Below, piece after piece: positions 1 to 10,593 of a DNA stretch of 64,000 nt. Each line of letters begins with the position of its first letter. Position 1 is the stretch's first letter. The position numbers and the translations under genes were made by a program. The notes below the pieces were generated by a model. It was given only the letters and a program-made list of their open reading frames with translations. It searched no databases and was not told the DNA's origin. This stretch comes from Thermodesulfobacteriota bacterium (GTDB lineage Bacteria > Desulfobacterota_D > UBA1144 > Nemesobacterales > UBA2774), in the NCBI GenBank assembly GCA_021604765.1, contig BQJP01000008.1, forward strand, positions 918-64,917, written 5' to 3'.

Positions 1-735
1 GGGTGTACGGCGCCTAAGCGGGATGAAAATCAGTTACACGCCGCAGTTGTGGAACTAATTGCACACAAAGACGCAACTATCAAATATTCAACTATTCAGA
101 ACTGGTACCCCGGAGACAGTGAGGGTAAAGGTGGAATATACAACTTTGTAACAAAACGTGGCAGATGTCTAGGTAACAACTCTCATATCTCATGGACACA
201 GGTTGAAACCGGATCAGCAATCACCTGGAAATATCCTAGCTGTATTCTTGAAGGTGACAACTCCGTTGGAGAGTTCTATTCAGTAGCGCTTACAAACAGA
301 AAACAGCAGGCAGATACCGGCACTAAAATGATTCACAAAGGAAAAAATACTTCCAGCACAATCATTTCTAAAGGAATTTCGGCTGGTTTTGGGCAAAACA
401 CATATAGAGGATTAGTTGAGATAGGCAAAGACGCTAGCGGCGCTAGAAACTATACTCAGTGCGACTCTATGCTAATTGGGGACAAATGCGGAGCGCACAC
501 ATTCCCATATATTGAGGTAAAAAATTCAACTGCTCAAATGGAACATGAAGCTTCCACTTCTAAAATTGGAGAAGATCAGATTTTCTATTGCCAACAGAGG
601 GGTCTGTCGGCTGAGGACGCAGTATCGTTGATCGTAAACGGTTTTTGCAAAGACGTATTTAAAGAGCTTCCGTTTGAGTTTGCTGTAGAGGCTGAAAAAT
701 TATTAAGCATCAGTCTTGAGGGTAGTGTCGGATAA
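1..735 (+). CDS. sufB: Fe-S cluster assembly protein SufB, C-terminal part (5' end outside window)
   Basis: Translation ...[54 protein letters not shown]... is typical of the SufB C-terminus. Frame 1 is open from base 1. sufC follows immediately. Confidence 0.85.
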   Translation, partial: GCTAPKRDENQLHAAVVELIAHKDATIKYSTIQNWYPGDSEGKGGIYNFVTKRGRCLGNNSHISWTQVETGSAITWKYPSCILEGDNSVGEFYSVALTNRKQQADTGTKMIHKGKNTSSTIISKGISAGFGQNTYRGLVEIGKDASGARNYTQCDSMLIGDKCGAHTFPYIEVKNSTAQMEHEASTSKIGEDQIFYCQQRGLSAEDAVSLIVNGFCKDVFKELPFEFAVEAEKLLSISLEGSVG

Positions 736-785
736 CACCCCTGCTCTGAATCAAACACAGATAAAGATTTATAAGGAGAAAGAAT

Positions 786-1547
786 ATGTTGGAAATAAAG
801 AATCTACATGCAAGTGTAGAGGGACAGGAAATTCTGAAGGGGCTTAACCTGACTATTAATGCTGGAGAAGTCCATTCTATTATGGGGCCTAACGGATCAG
901 GCAAAAGCACTTTAGCTCAGGTTCTGGCTGGGCGTGATTCTTATGAAATAACAGAGGGTGAAATTTTATTTGAAGGTAAAGACCTGCTTGAGCTAGAACC
1001 TGAAGAACGTGCATGTGAAGGAATTTTTATGGCTTTTCAATACCCGGTAGAGATTCCTGGTGTCGCTAACACATATCTATTGAGAGAAGCATTAAATTCA
1101 GTTCGGAAATACCGTGGGGAAGAACCGCTAAAACACATTGAATTTGCAAAATATGCTAAACAGAAAATGGAAGTCATGCAAATTAGTGACAACTTGCTAA
1201 AACGTGCTGTAAATGAAGGCTTTTCTGGTGGAGAAAAAAAGAGAAACGAAATATTCCAGATGCAGGTATTAGAGCCTAAACTTGCTATTCTAGATGAAAC
1301 TGACTCAGGGCTTGATATTGACGCTCTTAAAGTAGTATCTGACGGTGTAAACGCTCTTAGGAGTCCGGAGCGCGGATTTTTGGTAATAACTCACTATCAA
1401 AGGTTGCTAGATTATATTGTTCCCGATTTTGTTCATGTTTTAGTAGACGGAAAGATTGTAAAAACCGGCGGTAAAGAACTTGCACTTGAGCTTGAGGACA
1501 AGGGCTACGGATGGGTTGAAGAAGAAAAAACAGCGGCTAATAGTTAG
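786..1547 (+). CDS. sufC: Fe-S cluster assembly ATPase SufC
   Basis: Walker A GPNGSGKST and ABC signature FSGGEKKR. 253 aa. RBS AAGGAGAA upstream of the ATG. Confidence 0.9.
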   Translation: MLEIKNLHASVEGQEILKGLNLTINAGEVHSIMGPNGSGKSTLAQVLAGRDSYEITEGEILFEGKDLLELEPEERACEGIFMAFQYPVEIPGVANTYLLREALNSVRKYRGEEPLKHIEFAKYAKQKMEVMQISDNLLKRAVNEGFSGGEKKRNEIFQMQVLEPKLAILDETDSGLDIDALKVVSDGVNALRSPERGFLVITHYQRLLDYIVPDFVHVLVDGKIVKTGGKELALELEDKGYGWVEEEKTAANS

Positions 1548-1558
1548 GGAGATATTTA

Positions 1559-2902
1559 ATGAGTATTACACTATCAGAAAAAGATAACGGATACATTGAA
1601 GGATTTGCTGGATTTAAAAAAAATGCGCCAGGCAGTAGTCTAGATTGGCTGCAATCAGTTCGTGAGCGGGCTATCACAAAGTTTTCAGAGTTGGGATTCC
1701 CTACACCGCAGAATGAAGACTGGCGTTTTACTAATGTCGCACCTATCGCCAGGAGTTCTTTTAACATTTTAGAAAACGGACACGACAAAGTCTCAAGTAG
1801 TGATTTAACTCAATTTCAATTCGAAGATACTGAAGTAGCTGAGCTTGTTTTTATTAACGGGCATTATTCCAAGGAGCTGTCTAAATATGGAAACCTTCCT
1901 GAAGGAGTAATACTTAAAAATCTGGCAGATGCGATTGAGTCAGAACAAGAAATTGTAAAAAGCAACCTAGCTAGATATGCTGATTTCAAAGACGAAGCAT
2001 TCACTGCATTAAATACTGCATTTATGGAAGACGGTGGATTTGTTTATATCCCAAAAGGTATTGTAGTGGAAACTCCCATTCATTTACTTTATATATCAAC
2101 AGATGAAGGCACTCCTTCTATAACAAACCCCAGAAACTTAATAATTGCGGAAGACAACTGTGAGGCAAACGTAATTGAGCACTATACTTCAATGACCGAT
2201 AACATCTATCTTTCAAATGTTGTCACTGAAATCGTTGTAGGTGAAAACAGTACTATCGGACATTACATGATCGAGCTTGAAAGCAAAAAGGCTTTTAACA
2301 TTTCAACACTTAGAGTACAGCAAGCAAGGAGCAGTAACATAAGGTCTCACTCCGTATTGCTTGGGGGCTCACTTGTCAGAAACAACGTTCACCCTGTATT
2401 GGCAGGTGAAGGCTGTGATTCGCTAATTAACGGATTGTATATGCCATCCCACCGCCAGCATATGGACAATTATATGAAAGTAGAGCATGCAAGCCCACAC
2501 TGCGACAGCAGACAGCTATATAATGGAATTCTTGATGGTAGATCTAGAGGAGTATTTCATGGACGAATAATTGTGCATGAAGATGCTCAAAAGACTGATG
2601 CAAAACAGACCAACAGGAACCTTCTACTTTCTGACACTGCCCAAATTGATACAAAACCTCAGCTCGAGATTTATGCTGATGATGTGAAGTGTACTCATGG
2701 AGCCACAATTGGACAGATAGATGAGAACGCTCTATTCTACCTACGCTCAAGAGGTATCTCTAAAGATGCCGCAAGGGACATTATACTCCATGCTTTTACA
2801 AATGAGGCTCTAGAGAGTATGGGTGTTGACTCTGTAAAAAATTACTGCTATAAACTTGTCACCAATTGGTTTGACCAAAGAAAAGAAGAGCAAGAATCTT
2901 AG
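1559..2902 (+). CDS. sufD: Fe-S cluster assembly protein SufD
   Basis: 447 aa placed between sufC and a ferredoxin. The C-terminal beta-helix region (…GATIGQIDENALFYLRSRGI…) is SufD-like. Confidence 0.8.
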   Translation: MSITLSEKDNGYIEGFAGFKKNAPGSSLDWLQSVRERAITKFSELGFPTPQNEDWRFTNVAPIARSSFNILENGHDKVSSSDLTQFQFEDTEVAELVFINGHYSKELSKYGNLPEGVILKNLADAIESEQEIVKSNLARYADFKDEAFTALNTAFMEDGGFVYIPKGIVVETPIHLLYISTDEGTPSITNPRNLIIAEDNCEANVIEHYTSMTDNIYLSNVVTEIVVGENSTIGHYMIELESKKAFNISTLRVQQARSSNIRSHSVLLGGSLVRNNVHPVLAGEGCDSLINGLYMPSHRQHMDNYMKVEHASPHCDSRQLYNGILDGRSRGVFHGRIIVHEDAQKTDAKQTNRNLLLSDTAQIDTKPQLEIYADDVKCTHGATIGQIDENALFYLRSRGISKDAARDIILHAFTNEALESMGVDSVKNYCYKLVTNWFDQRKEEQES

Positions 2903-2933
2903 ATCTCAAGCAGAAACTTATATAGGACTGAAA

Positions 2934-3248
2934 ATGGCTGAATTTGAGAAAGTAGCAAAGGTGTCTGATATTCAACCCGGAGAAATTAAATCATTTGTTT
3001 TAGGCAATGAAATGGTTGCTATCTGCAATACAGATGGGAAATTTTACGCATTTATTGATGAATGTTCTCATCAGACACTCCCCCTCTCAGATGGGTTACT
3101 CGAAGGAAAGACGATTACATGCGCATATCATGGCGCCGAGTTCAATGTCGAGACTGGTGAGGCCCTATGTCTTCCAGCAGTAGATGGCATAGAAACCTAT
3201 GAAGTAAAAATTGAAGGCGACGACATATATATTCTTTTACCAGACTAA
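2934..3248 (+). CDS. Rieske [2Fe-2S] ferredoxin-like protein in the suf operon
   Basis: Rieske boxes CSHQ…(17)…CAYHGAEF. The ORF track begins at 2856, overlapping sufD. The in-frame ATG at 2934 (MAEFEK) avoids that overlap. Confidence 0.7.
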   Translation: MAEFEKVAKVSDIQPGEIKSFVLGNEMVAICNTDGKFYAFIDECSHQTLPLSDGLLEGKTITCAYHGAEFNVETGEALCLPAVDGIETYEVKIEGDDIYILLPD

Positions 3249-3420
3249 AATTAATATATCCCCCCAATTTTCCTAAGTTCCAACCAACAGAAAAATTAGA
3301 ACGTCCGTTCAATCTTTTCAGATAATTTTTAAAAGTGAATGCTAAAATTGTATATAGAAACTTTTACTAATATTCACTATCTAAAATTCGGCGGCATACA
3401 GGCTTTATAGGAGGAGCAAA

Positions 3421-4226
3421 GTTGAAGTTAAAACACCTAATCTCTCTACCACTCTTTTTGATCTTGGTATTATCAATCTCATGTGACAATAACAATTCTG
3501 GCGGTGGCACTGATCCAGAAGGACTTCCGACCGCCTGGCGTGAATTTCAGAAGAATGTTTATAGAATTTCTTGTGAATGACGCAGAAGGCAATATTCTTT
3601 GGGCATCGGGCCGAACAAACAGTCTTGGTGCTATTATTGAGGGTGCTGACGGACCAATCCTACCGACAGAACTTGTCCTTGAGAACCCGCAAGCATTTCA
3701 ACCACACTATCAACAAATTACCTCTGAAGACCAGGTACAGATTTATCAGGAAGTAGTTGCTGATTCTGATGGTGACATTACTACAAGCTTCTTGAGACGT
3801 GTATTTACAATTAAAAACAACAGGATTAGACCGGAAGGATTTGACCCGGCATTCTTTTTTGAAAGTTCATCCCCATTTGAAAGGCAGCTTGCAGAGATTC
3901 CTGGAGAAGCTAAATTTGATCCATATTATACAGACCCTGAACTGACTGGCGCCGACATAATTGAATATGTGATATCACTTGATCCTCAAACTTTGGCAGC
4001 AGTCGACAATGTAAAAGCATCATTGTTTAACCAATCTATTCCACCGTTTTATCTCCAGCAAAGATTTAATGACGCCAACGTAGGTGCTGCAGAAAAAGAG
4101 AATATCCAAAGACTTTACTATCTAACAAGTCATTTGAATACTCAGAATGTTAAAGATGATAGTGGAGAGACATTTATTAAAGATTGGAAGCTAATGCTGG
4201 CGACAGATAGCCAGAATGTTCAATAA
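3421..4226 (+). pseudogene. Putative lipoprotein with an apparent frameshift: signal peptide and lipobox in frame 1, main body in frame 3
   Basis: A strong RBS (AGGAGGAG-N5) precedes TTG 3421. It encodes LKLKHLISLPLFLILVLSISC|DNNNSGGG… (lipobox LSISC) and hits a stop at about 3580. A 247-aa ORF (3483-4226) continues in a different frame with no signal peptide of its own. Confidence 0.4.
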
Positions 4227-4255
4227 CGCTGGCTTTAAGGTAATCTTCATAACAA

Positions 4256-4606
4256 ATGCAGATCAAACTAAAGCGTGTTTACGAAGAACCTGCAAATTCT
4301 GATGGAATTAGAATACTGGTAGAAAGGCTTTGGCCAAGAGGTTTATCTAAAGAGAAAGCTAAAGTAGATATCTGGCTAAAAGATGCTGCTCCTTCCACAG
4401 AACTCAGAAAGTGGTTCAACCATGACAGAGCAAAATGGGAGGAGTTTAAAAAGCGGTACTATATAGAACTCGATCAAAACCCAGAAGCACTAAAACCAAT
4501 TTACGATTTGCCCAATACCGTTAATATTACATTTGTATACGCCTCAAAAGAAGAGCAGTATAACAATTCAGTTGCTCTTAGAAACTATATTTCTAATTAT
4601 CGGTGA
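4256..4606 (+). CDS. DUF488 (YeaO-like) family protein
   Basis: 116 aa: [10 protein letters not shown]…[32 protein letters not shown]…LRKWFNHD matches the DUF488 pattern. Confidence 0.7.
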   Translation: MQIKLKRVYEEPANSDGIRILVERLWPRGLSKEKAKVDIWLKDAAPSTELRKWFNHDRAKWEEFKKRYYIELDQNPEALKPIYDLPNTVNITFVYASKEEQYNNSVALRNYISNYR

Positions 4607-6299
4607 CCGCACCTTCTGATGCAGAAGAAACAAGCTTTGCATATTTCGCAAGTACCCCTCTTTTCTCTTTGGGTTTAGGCTGCTTCCAATCAGAGAGTCT
4701 CCTTTTGATCTCAGCCTTTGATATTTCAAGATTAATTTCACGTTTCTTTGCATCAATAGTAATAACATCACCGTTTTTAACAATTGCAATTACTCCGCCA
4801 TCTACAGCTTCTGGTGTAATGTGACCTACAACAAAACCATGTGTACCGCCTGAGAATCTTCCGTCGGTTATAAGCGCAACGTCATTGCCTAGCCCTTTAC
4901 CCATAATCGCAGAAGTAGGAGCTAACATCTCACGCATACCCGGTCCGCCTCTCGGTCCTTCATAGCGAATGACGATCACATGCCCCTTTTTTACCTTTCC
5001 GCTTAAGATTGCCTTTAGAGACTCCTCCTCGGAATTAAATACGATTGCTTTTCCAGTAAACGATAGCCCTTCATGACCTGAAATCTTTGCCACTGCGCCT
5101 TCTGAAGCCAGATTTCCTCTCAATATAACTATGTGACTATCTTTTTTAATAGGCTTTTTAATTGAGTGAACTATATCCTGTCCTTTTGGATAAGATCCTA
5201 CACCTCTTAAATTCTCTTTTACAGTTTTTCCTGTAACAGTTAAACAGTCACCGTGAAGCAATCCCGCTTGTAGTAACATTTTTAGTAGAGGTGTAATGCC
5301 GCCAATCTTGCAAAAATCAGCCATCATATATTTCCCACTCGGTTTAAGATCTGCGAGAACAGGGGTTTTCTTACCTATGCGTGTGAAGTCATCAATAGTG
5401 AGTTTAACGTTCATAGAATTTGCCATTGCAAGGAGGTGAAGTACTGCGTTTGTTGAACCGCCAAGAGTGATTACCACGGTTATTGCATTTTCAAATGCCT
5501 TTTTAGTCATTATATCACTAGGACGAATACCTTTTTTAATTAGATTTACAACCGCAGCTCCGGCATCCTGGCAATCTTTTATCTTGTCTCTAGAAATTGC
5601 AGCCTGCGCAGAACTATTAGGTAGACTCATACCAAGAGCCTCTATTGCTGAAGCCATAGTATTTGCTGTATACATACCCCCACATGAACCTGGTCCTGGA
5701 ATAGCATTTGATTCAATTTGTTTAAGCTGTCTGTCAGAGATGTCTTTATTGGCATGTGCCCCTACCGCTTCAAAAACAGAAACTACATCTATATCCTGCC
5801 CCTTGTAGTTTCCAGGCATAATCGTTCCGCCATATACAAATACAGATGGACGATTTAAACGAGACATGGCAATTAAACAACCAGGCATATTCTTATCACA
5901 GCCACCTATAGCAACAACACCGTCAAATCCTTCTCCGGCAGCAACAGTCTCAATTGAATCCGCTATAACTTCACGAGAAACGAGTGAGTACCTCATCCCA
6001 GGAGTTCCCATAGAAATGCCGTCAGAATTAGTAATAGTATTGAAGATAATAGATTTACCACCTGCTTTGTCAGCACCGACCCCTGCTTGTACGGCTAGCT
6101 TATCTATATGCATATTACAGGGAGTTACCATACTCCAAGTAGAAGCAATCCCAACAATAGGTTTTCTAAAATCTTTGTCTTTAAAACCCACTGCTCTCAA
6201 CATTGATCGGTTAGGAGCTTTATCGGCACCATCAACTACCAATGATGAAAACTTTTGTAACGTAACCGGTTTAGTATTCATTTCTGACTTTTTCTTCAA
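4593..6299 (-). CDS. ilvD: Dihydroxy-acid dehydratase
   Basis: 568 aa containing …GGCDKNMPG… and …SGGTHGF… IlvD/EDD motifs. TTG start at 6299 has AGGAGG 6 nt upstream. Confidence 0.9.
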   Translation of the reverse strand: MKKKSEMNTKPVTLQKFSSLVVDGADKAPNRSMLRAVGFKDKDFRKPIVGIASTWSMVTPCNMHIDKLAVQAGVGADKAGGKSIIFNTITNSDGISMGTPGMRYSLVSREVIADSIETVAAGEGFDGVVAIGGCDKNMPGCLIAMSRLNRPSVFVYGGTIMPGNYKGQDIDVVSVFEAVGAHANKDISDRQLKQIESNAIPGPGSCGGMYTANTMASAIEALGMSLPNSSAQAAISRDKIKDCQDAGAAVVNLIKKGIRPSDIMTKKAFENAITVVITLGGSTNAVLHLLAMANSMNVKLTIDDFTRIGKKTPVLADLKPSGKYMMADFCKIGGITPLLKMLLQAGLLHGDCLTVTGKTVKENLRGVGSYPKGQDIVHSIKKPIKKDSHIVILRGNLASEGAVAKISGHEGLSFTGKAIVFNSEEESLKAILSGKVKKGHVIVIRYEGPRGGPGMREMLAPTSAIMGKGLGNDVALITDGRFSGGTHGFVVGHITPEAVDGGVIAIVKNGDVITIDAKKREINLEISKAEIKRRLSDWKQPKPKEKRGVLAKYAKLVSSASEGAVTDN

Positions 6300-6508
6300 G
6301 ACATTCCTCCTGGCAAATCTGGATCAAGATCGAATAATTATCTACAAATAGAAATTCATGTCAATTTTAGAGTACGAATTAGTACTTGAATGAACCCCCT
6401 ACTACAGTATATCATCTAATTATATAGAGAATTGTGATTATAGTCTTACATCTTTAGAAGAATGTGGATGGTGGTGCTTACTTCACACACGAACTAAGGG
6501 GGTGCTAT

Positions 6509-6970
6509 ATGAATGCTTTCATTTTTACTATAGTTTCGGGAATAGTTGGCACGGCTGGAATGAGTCTGTCTATGTGGTTGATTACCAAATCCGGAATAGC
6601 CAATGCGGGAATGATAAGAGCTATCGGTAGCCTGTTCACTAAGTCTTATGACAATTCTTTTAATCCAGGAATTGTTATCCACTTCATTTCTGGAATATTG
6701 TTTGCTTTCCTGTATGTGATTTTAATTAGCATCTTTGCACCAACTTCTGTTGCTGCAGCTATAGGAACTGGGGCTATGATTGGGCTCTTCCACGGCGTTG
6801 CATTCGCTTTTCTGTTGGTAATTATGGTTGCCGAGCATCACCCAATCGAACAGTTCAGAACTGCAGGCTTTGAAGTGGCAATTGCTCATCTGGTTGGACA
6901 TATAATATACGGAATCCTTGTAGGGCTTGTTGTCGGACTTAGCGGCGCAAGAATATTCTTGCTCTCATAA
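6509..6970 (+). CDS. Small polytopic membrane protein (hypothetical)
   Basis: Four to five hydrophobic helices. ATG 6509 is preceded by AAGGGGG. The ORF-track start at 6464 lacks an RBS. Confidence 0.6.
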   Translation: MNAFIFTIVSGIVGTAGMSLSMWLITKSGIANAGMIRAIGSLFTKSYDNSFNPGIVIHFISGILFAFLYVILISIFAPTSVAAAIGTGAMIGLFHGVAFAFLLVIMVAEHHPIEQFRTAGFEVAIAHLVGHIIYGILVGLVVGLSGARIFLLS

Positions 6971-6979
6971 AAGGAGACC

Positions 6980-7801
6980 TTATGGATAAACATAGGGAAC
7001 TATAAATAACAAAGCTGTAATTATAAAACCTACAAAAATTAGTTTGAAGAGAAAAGCGGCAAGTTTTTCAGAGGGTAAAATTGCTGATATTAAAAAAATT
7101 AGGCTGCAAAAAGCAAAATAATAATTGATGTAAGGCCTTCCTATATTTGCGAACAGAAGTGCTGATAGAAATGCAAGGCAAGAAAACATAGAGGCGGCTC
7201 GCTTGCCAAAGACTACAGTTATAGTTCTATGTCCTGCTGCCTTATCTACAGAATAATCCATCACTGCCCCGAAAGAATGTATCCCCATCACACAAATGGC
7301 AACAAAATATATCTTAAGAGGGATATCCCATACCTCACTTCCGAAACTGTAACCTATAGAAAATGCGAGGAAAAAAAGTATCCCGTTTGAAATAGAATCA
7401 AGTGGAGGTCTTTCTTTCAGCCTTATTGGCGGGGCAGAATAATAATAGGAAACAGCAATGAGTAGCAACATACTCAAAATGTTAGATAAGTTGAGAGTCG
7501 CAAATGAGCTTAGTAACAAAAGAACTGAAACAATAATTGAGACTTTCTTTATAATTACCCGCTCTTCTTCGTTGAAATTAAGAAGCTTCTTTCTGGGATT
7601 CAACTTATCAGAATCATAGTCATAAAGGTCATTAATACCGTAAAGAATTATGCTAAAGGGGAAAGAGAGCAATATAATTTGAACGATAGAGAGTAAGGTC
7701 AGGGATGAATTAGAATAACAAAGTCCAATCACAAAAACTAAAGGCGCCACCACCCAACCAAGCGGTCTACTTACCTTTAATAATAAGATTAAACTCCGCA
7801 T
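6980..7801 (-). CDS. UbiA-family aromatic prenyltransferase
   Basis: 273 aa polytopic protein with an Asp-rich motif NDLYDYDSDK, typical of UbiA prenyltransferases. Confidence 0.7.
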   Translation of the reverse strand: MRSLILLLKVSRPLGWVVAPLVFVIGLCYSNSSLTLLSIVQIILLSFPFSIILYGINDLYDYDSDKLNPRKKLLNFNEEERVIIKKVSIIVSVLLLLSSFATLNLSNILSMLLLIAVSYYYSAPPIRLKERPPLDSISNGILFFLAFSIGYSFGSEVWDIPLKIYFVAICVMGIHSFGAVMDYSVDKAAGHRTITVVFGKRAASMFSCLAFLSALLFANIGRPYINYYFAFCSLIFLISAILPSEKLAAFLFKLIFVGFIITALLFIVPYVYP

Positions 7802-7830
7802 ATCAATTCTTTAGAAACACTAAGCAACTA

Positions 7831-8955
7831 TTAAACAAGGACTTCATCCAAAGTTTTAAAAAACTTAAGTATTTCATCCTCGGTATTGTAGAAATGTGGG
7901 GCAACCCTTAATCCGCCGCCTCTATAATTGACCACAATATTCTGTTCAAAGAGTTTTTCAGCCATTTCTTTTGGATTAAAATCACCAGCAAACGAGATAA
8001 TCCCACCTCTTTCATCACTATTTTTAGGGGTCTTTAGTGTAAATTCTCTTTTCTCTGCTTCGCTTATTATTAAGTCCCCAAGTTCATGAATCCGCTTTCC
8101 AATTTTATCTACCCCAATCTCAAGCAATAGATCAACCGCAGCACCCAAGCCATATATTCCAATCGTATTAAATGTGCCCTCTTCAAATCTAAGCGCATTA
8201 TTTTTCAACTTAAATTCTAAGCTTTCAAAGTTGTGATCATTTTCAACACTTTTCCAACCAACCAAATTGGGCTTAATTTTAGAGGCCAGTTCTTTTTTGC
8301 AGTAAAATATTCCAATCCCCTCAGGAGCAAGAAGCCACTTATGACCGTCTGCGGAAAGAAAGTCCGCGTTAATATCTTTTACATCGATTGGCACAGCTCC
8401 AAGACTTTGTATGGCATCAACAAAAAACAAAATCTCTTTATTCTTACAAATCTGCCCCAATTTCTTAAGATCGATCATGAATCCATTTACAGACTGCACA
8501 GAACTCATAGTAACAAGCTTTGTTTGGGAATCTATTAAACCCTCTATATCCTCAAACAATATTCTCTCGTCACGAAGGGGAATAAATCTTACCTCCACCC
8601 CACGTTCTTTAAGGTTGAGCCAAGGGTAGATATTTGAAGAAAACTCTTTCTCAAATACAAGCACATTGTCTCCTTGTTTCCAATCGAGACCTGAGGCTAC
8701 AATAGAAATTCCATGTGAAGTATTTTTTACAAAAGCTATTTCATCATCATCGGCACCAATAAACTCGGCACATGAAGCCCTGATTTCCTCAATTCTTACA
8801 ACCCATGAATCGTAATCAAAGCCAGACTCTCCAGAGGCTTGTGCTAAAAACTTTACAGTTTCATTTTTAACTCTAAGAGATACAGGTGAGACTCCGGCAT
8901 GATCAAGGTATACGAAATTATTTCTAATAGGGAATTCTTTTCTGAAATTTTCCAT
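7831..8955 (-). CDS. Aminotransferase class-V fold PLP enzyme (cysteine desulfurase-like)
   Basis: 374 aa with the PLP-lysine motif SADGHKW. C-terminal …RVAPHFYNTEDE is typical of the class-V family. Confidence 0.7.
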   Translation of the reverse strand: MENFRKEFPIRNNFVYLDHAGVSPVSLRVKNETVKFLAQASGESGFDYDSWVVRIEEIRASCAEFIGADDDEIAFVKNTSHGISIVASGLDWKQGDNVLVFEKEFSSNIYPWLNLKERGVEVRFIPLRDERILFEDIEGLIDSQTKLVTMSSVQSVNGFMIDLKKLGQICKNKEILFFVDAIQSLGAVPIDVKDINADFLSADGHKWLLAPEGIGIFYCKKELASKIKPNLVGWKSVENDHNFESLEFKLKNNALRFEEGTFNTIGIYGLGAAVDLLLEIGVDKIGKRIHELGDLIISEAEKREFTLKTPKNSDERGGIISFAGDFNPKEMAEKLFEQNIVVNYRGGGLRVAPHFYNTEDEILKFFKTLDEVLV

Positions 8956-9043
8956 TTATTTTTATCCTTAAAATATCTAGCCATAGAAACTAATATATAA
9001 CACTATCTCAATCTAGTCTTCCTATCAAATCTTCATAAACTTG

Positions 9044-9072
9044 TTGACAAATTCTTCAAAAAGTGCGATATT
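9044..9072 (+). promoter_or_regulatory. Sigma-70 promoter of the cold-shock gene (TTGACA-17-GATATT)
   Basis: TTGACA at 9044-9049, a 17-nt spacer, then GATATT at 9067-9072. This leaves a ~38-nt leader before cspA, as is common for csp genes. Confidence 0.5.
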
Positions 9073-9110
9073 AACCTCTCGAAGTAGATTTTCTAGGAGG
9101 AATTTATTTA

Positions 9111-9320
9111 ATGCAGGGAACAGTAAAATGGTTTAACAGCTCTAAAGGATACGGATTTATCCAATCTGATGAGATAGATAAAGACGTATTTGTTCATTAC
9201 AGTGTTATCGAAGGCGACGGTTATAAGAGCCTAGCAGAAGGTGAAGCTGTAGAGTTTGAAATAACAGACGGACCAAAAGGGCCTCAAGCAACAAAAGTTA
9301 TGAAAGCTGGCTCTGAGTAG
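9111..9320 (+). CDS. cspA: Cold-shock protein (CspA family)
   Basis: 69 aa: [18 protein letters not shown]…VFVHYS with RNP1/RNP2 motifs. RBS AGGAGGAA. Confidence 0.9.
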   Translation: MQGTVKWFNSSKGYGFIQSDEIDKDVFVHYSVIEGDGYKSLAEGEAVEFEITDGPKGPQATKVMKAGSE

Positions 9321-9477
9321 ACTTCTTTTTCAAAAGCCTATTATTAGCTTTTGATGATTTAGAAGATCCGATTGATATTTTGACCCTCCCTAACTTTAAT
9401 CAGGACATATTCTGATTAACATAGTTTTGTTGTATTTGCTTGACACTAAGCTTTAAACCCCTCAATATTTTAGTACT

Positions 9478-10239
9478 GTGTTTACACATAAAGATTTTAT
9501 AAGAAAAGTTGCGACTATCAGTTTGGCAGTCTTGATACTTCCTCTCCTGGGTCTCTACGAGGGTTCACAGTTCCAATTTGCCCAAATTGCATACAATGGA
9601 AGCTCAGATCCGAGACCAAGAGCATATAAAAGATTAATGAGCTCGCTTGAGCTAAGAACAAGTGTGCAGGTTTCATACAATAAAAAGACGTTATCACTAG
9701 CTGACCCTGATCTATTTAATTATCCCTTCCTTTATTTAGCAGGAGATGGCAGTTTTGAATCATTTTCTCCTGAAGAAAGAAGAAAGATCAGGAAATACCT
9801 TAAATTTGGGGGAACTTTAATAATTGATGATGTCTCCGGAGAAGAAAATTCAAGCTTTGATAAACAGATAAGAGAGGAACTAGTAAACATAATGCCAGAG
9901 ATCCCCCTTACTCCAATAGGACATGAGCATGTAGTTTATAAATCATTCTATCTCTTGAATTCAGTAAGTGGGAGAAAAGTAATTCAACCATACCTTGAAG
10001 GAATCACATTCAGAGATGAAGATAGGACGGCAGTTTTCTACTCTAGGAATGACTTAGGTGGAGCATGGTCTGAAGATGAATTTGGCAAATGGGAGTTTGA
10101 AGTTGTTCCAGGTGGGGAGGCTCAAAGAGAAAGAGCTATCAGATTGGGAATAAATATTATAATGTACGCACTAACCGGAAATTACAAAAAAGATCAAGTG
10201 CATACACCCTTTATCAAAAGACGACAGATGAATTTTTAA
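9478..10239 (+). CDS. DUF4159-like protein with an N-terminal membrane anchor
   Basis: 253 aa with an N-terminal TM. …YPFLYLAGDG…KFGGTLIIDD… resembles DUF4159 / class-I glutamine-amidotransferase-like fold proteins. GTG start. Confidence 0.5.
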   Translation: MFTHKDFIRKVATISLAVLILPLLGLYEGSQFQFAQIAYNGSSDPRPRAYKRLMSSLELRTSVQVSYNKKTLSLADPDLFNYPFLYLAGDGSFESFSPEERRKIRKYLKFGGTLIIDDVSGEENSSFDKQIREELVNIMPEIPLTPIGHEHVVYKSFYLLNSVSGRKVIQPYLEGITFRDEDRTAVFYSRNDLGGAWSEDEFGKWEFEVVPGGEAQRERAIRLGINIIMYALTGNYKKDQVHTPFIKRRQMNF

Positions 10240-10265
10240 CACATTTCAGATATATTCAAAAGAAT

Positions 10266-10559
10266 ATGAACGATATTAATATCTGCCCTTTATGTAAACG
10301 CTCCCTTCCTGAAAAACCAAGCAAACATCACCTAATACCTAAAACATTTAAGGGGAAAGAAATAGTACTCTTGCATAGAGTCTGTCACAGACAAATCCAT
10401 GCTAATTTCACTGAAAGAGAACTACTAAATCACTATCACACTATTGAGCGTATTCTTGAGAATGAAAATGTACAAAAGTTTGTGAAATGGGTTGAGAACA
10501 AACCTCCAGATTTTCATGTCAGAACTAAAAACACTTCCCTGAAAAGAGCGAAAAACTGA
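10266..10559 (+). CDS. Small HNH-type endonuclease-like protein
   Basis: 97 aa: CPLCK…HHLIPK…LHRVCHRQIH is an HNH-like metal-binding signature. Confidence 0.5.
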   Translation: MNDINICPLCKRSLPEKPSKHHLIPKTFKGKEIVLLHRVCHRQIHANFTERELLNHYHTIERILENENVQKFVKWVENKPPDFHVRTKNTSLKRAKN

Positions 10560-10593
10560 CTTTAAGAATTAGAACATATTGCTATATAATTCT

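Noticed and set aside
710-910. Numerous antisense or embedded ORFs in the six-frame track (for example 710-910-, 1537-1788-, 2544-2750-, 5467-5808+, 5866-6351+, 16138-16449-, 22012-22263+, 27684-27899-, 30441-30707+, 60208-60639-)
   Set aside because: Each lies wholly inside, and antisense or out of frame to, a long ORF with clear homology. None has an RBS or recognisable motif. They were treated as spurious.
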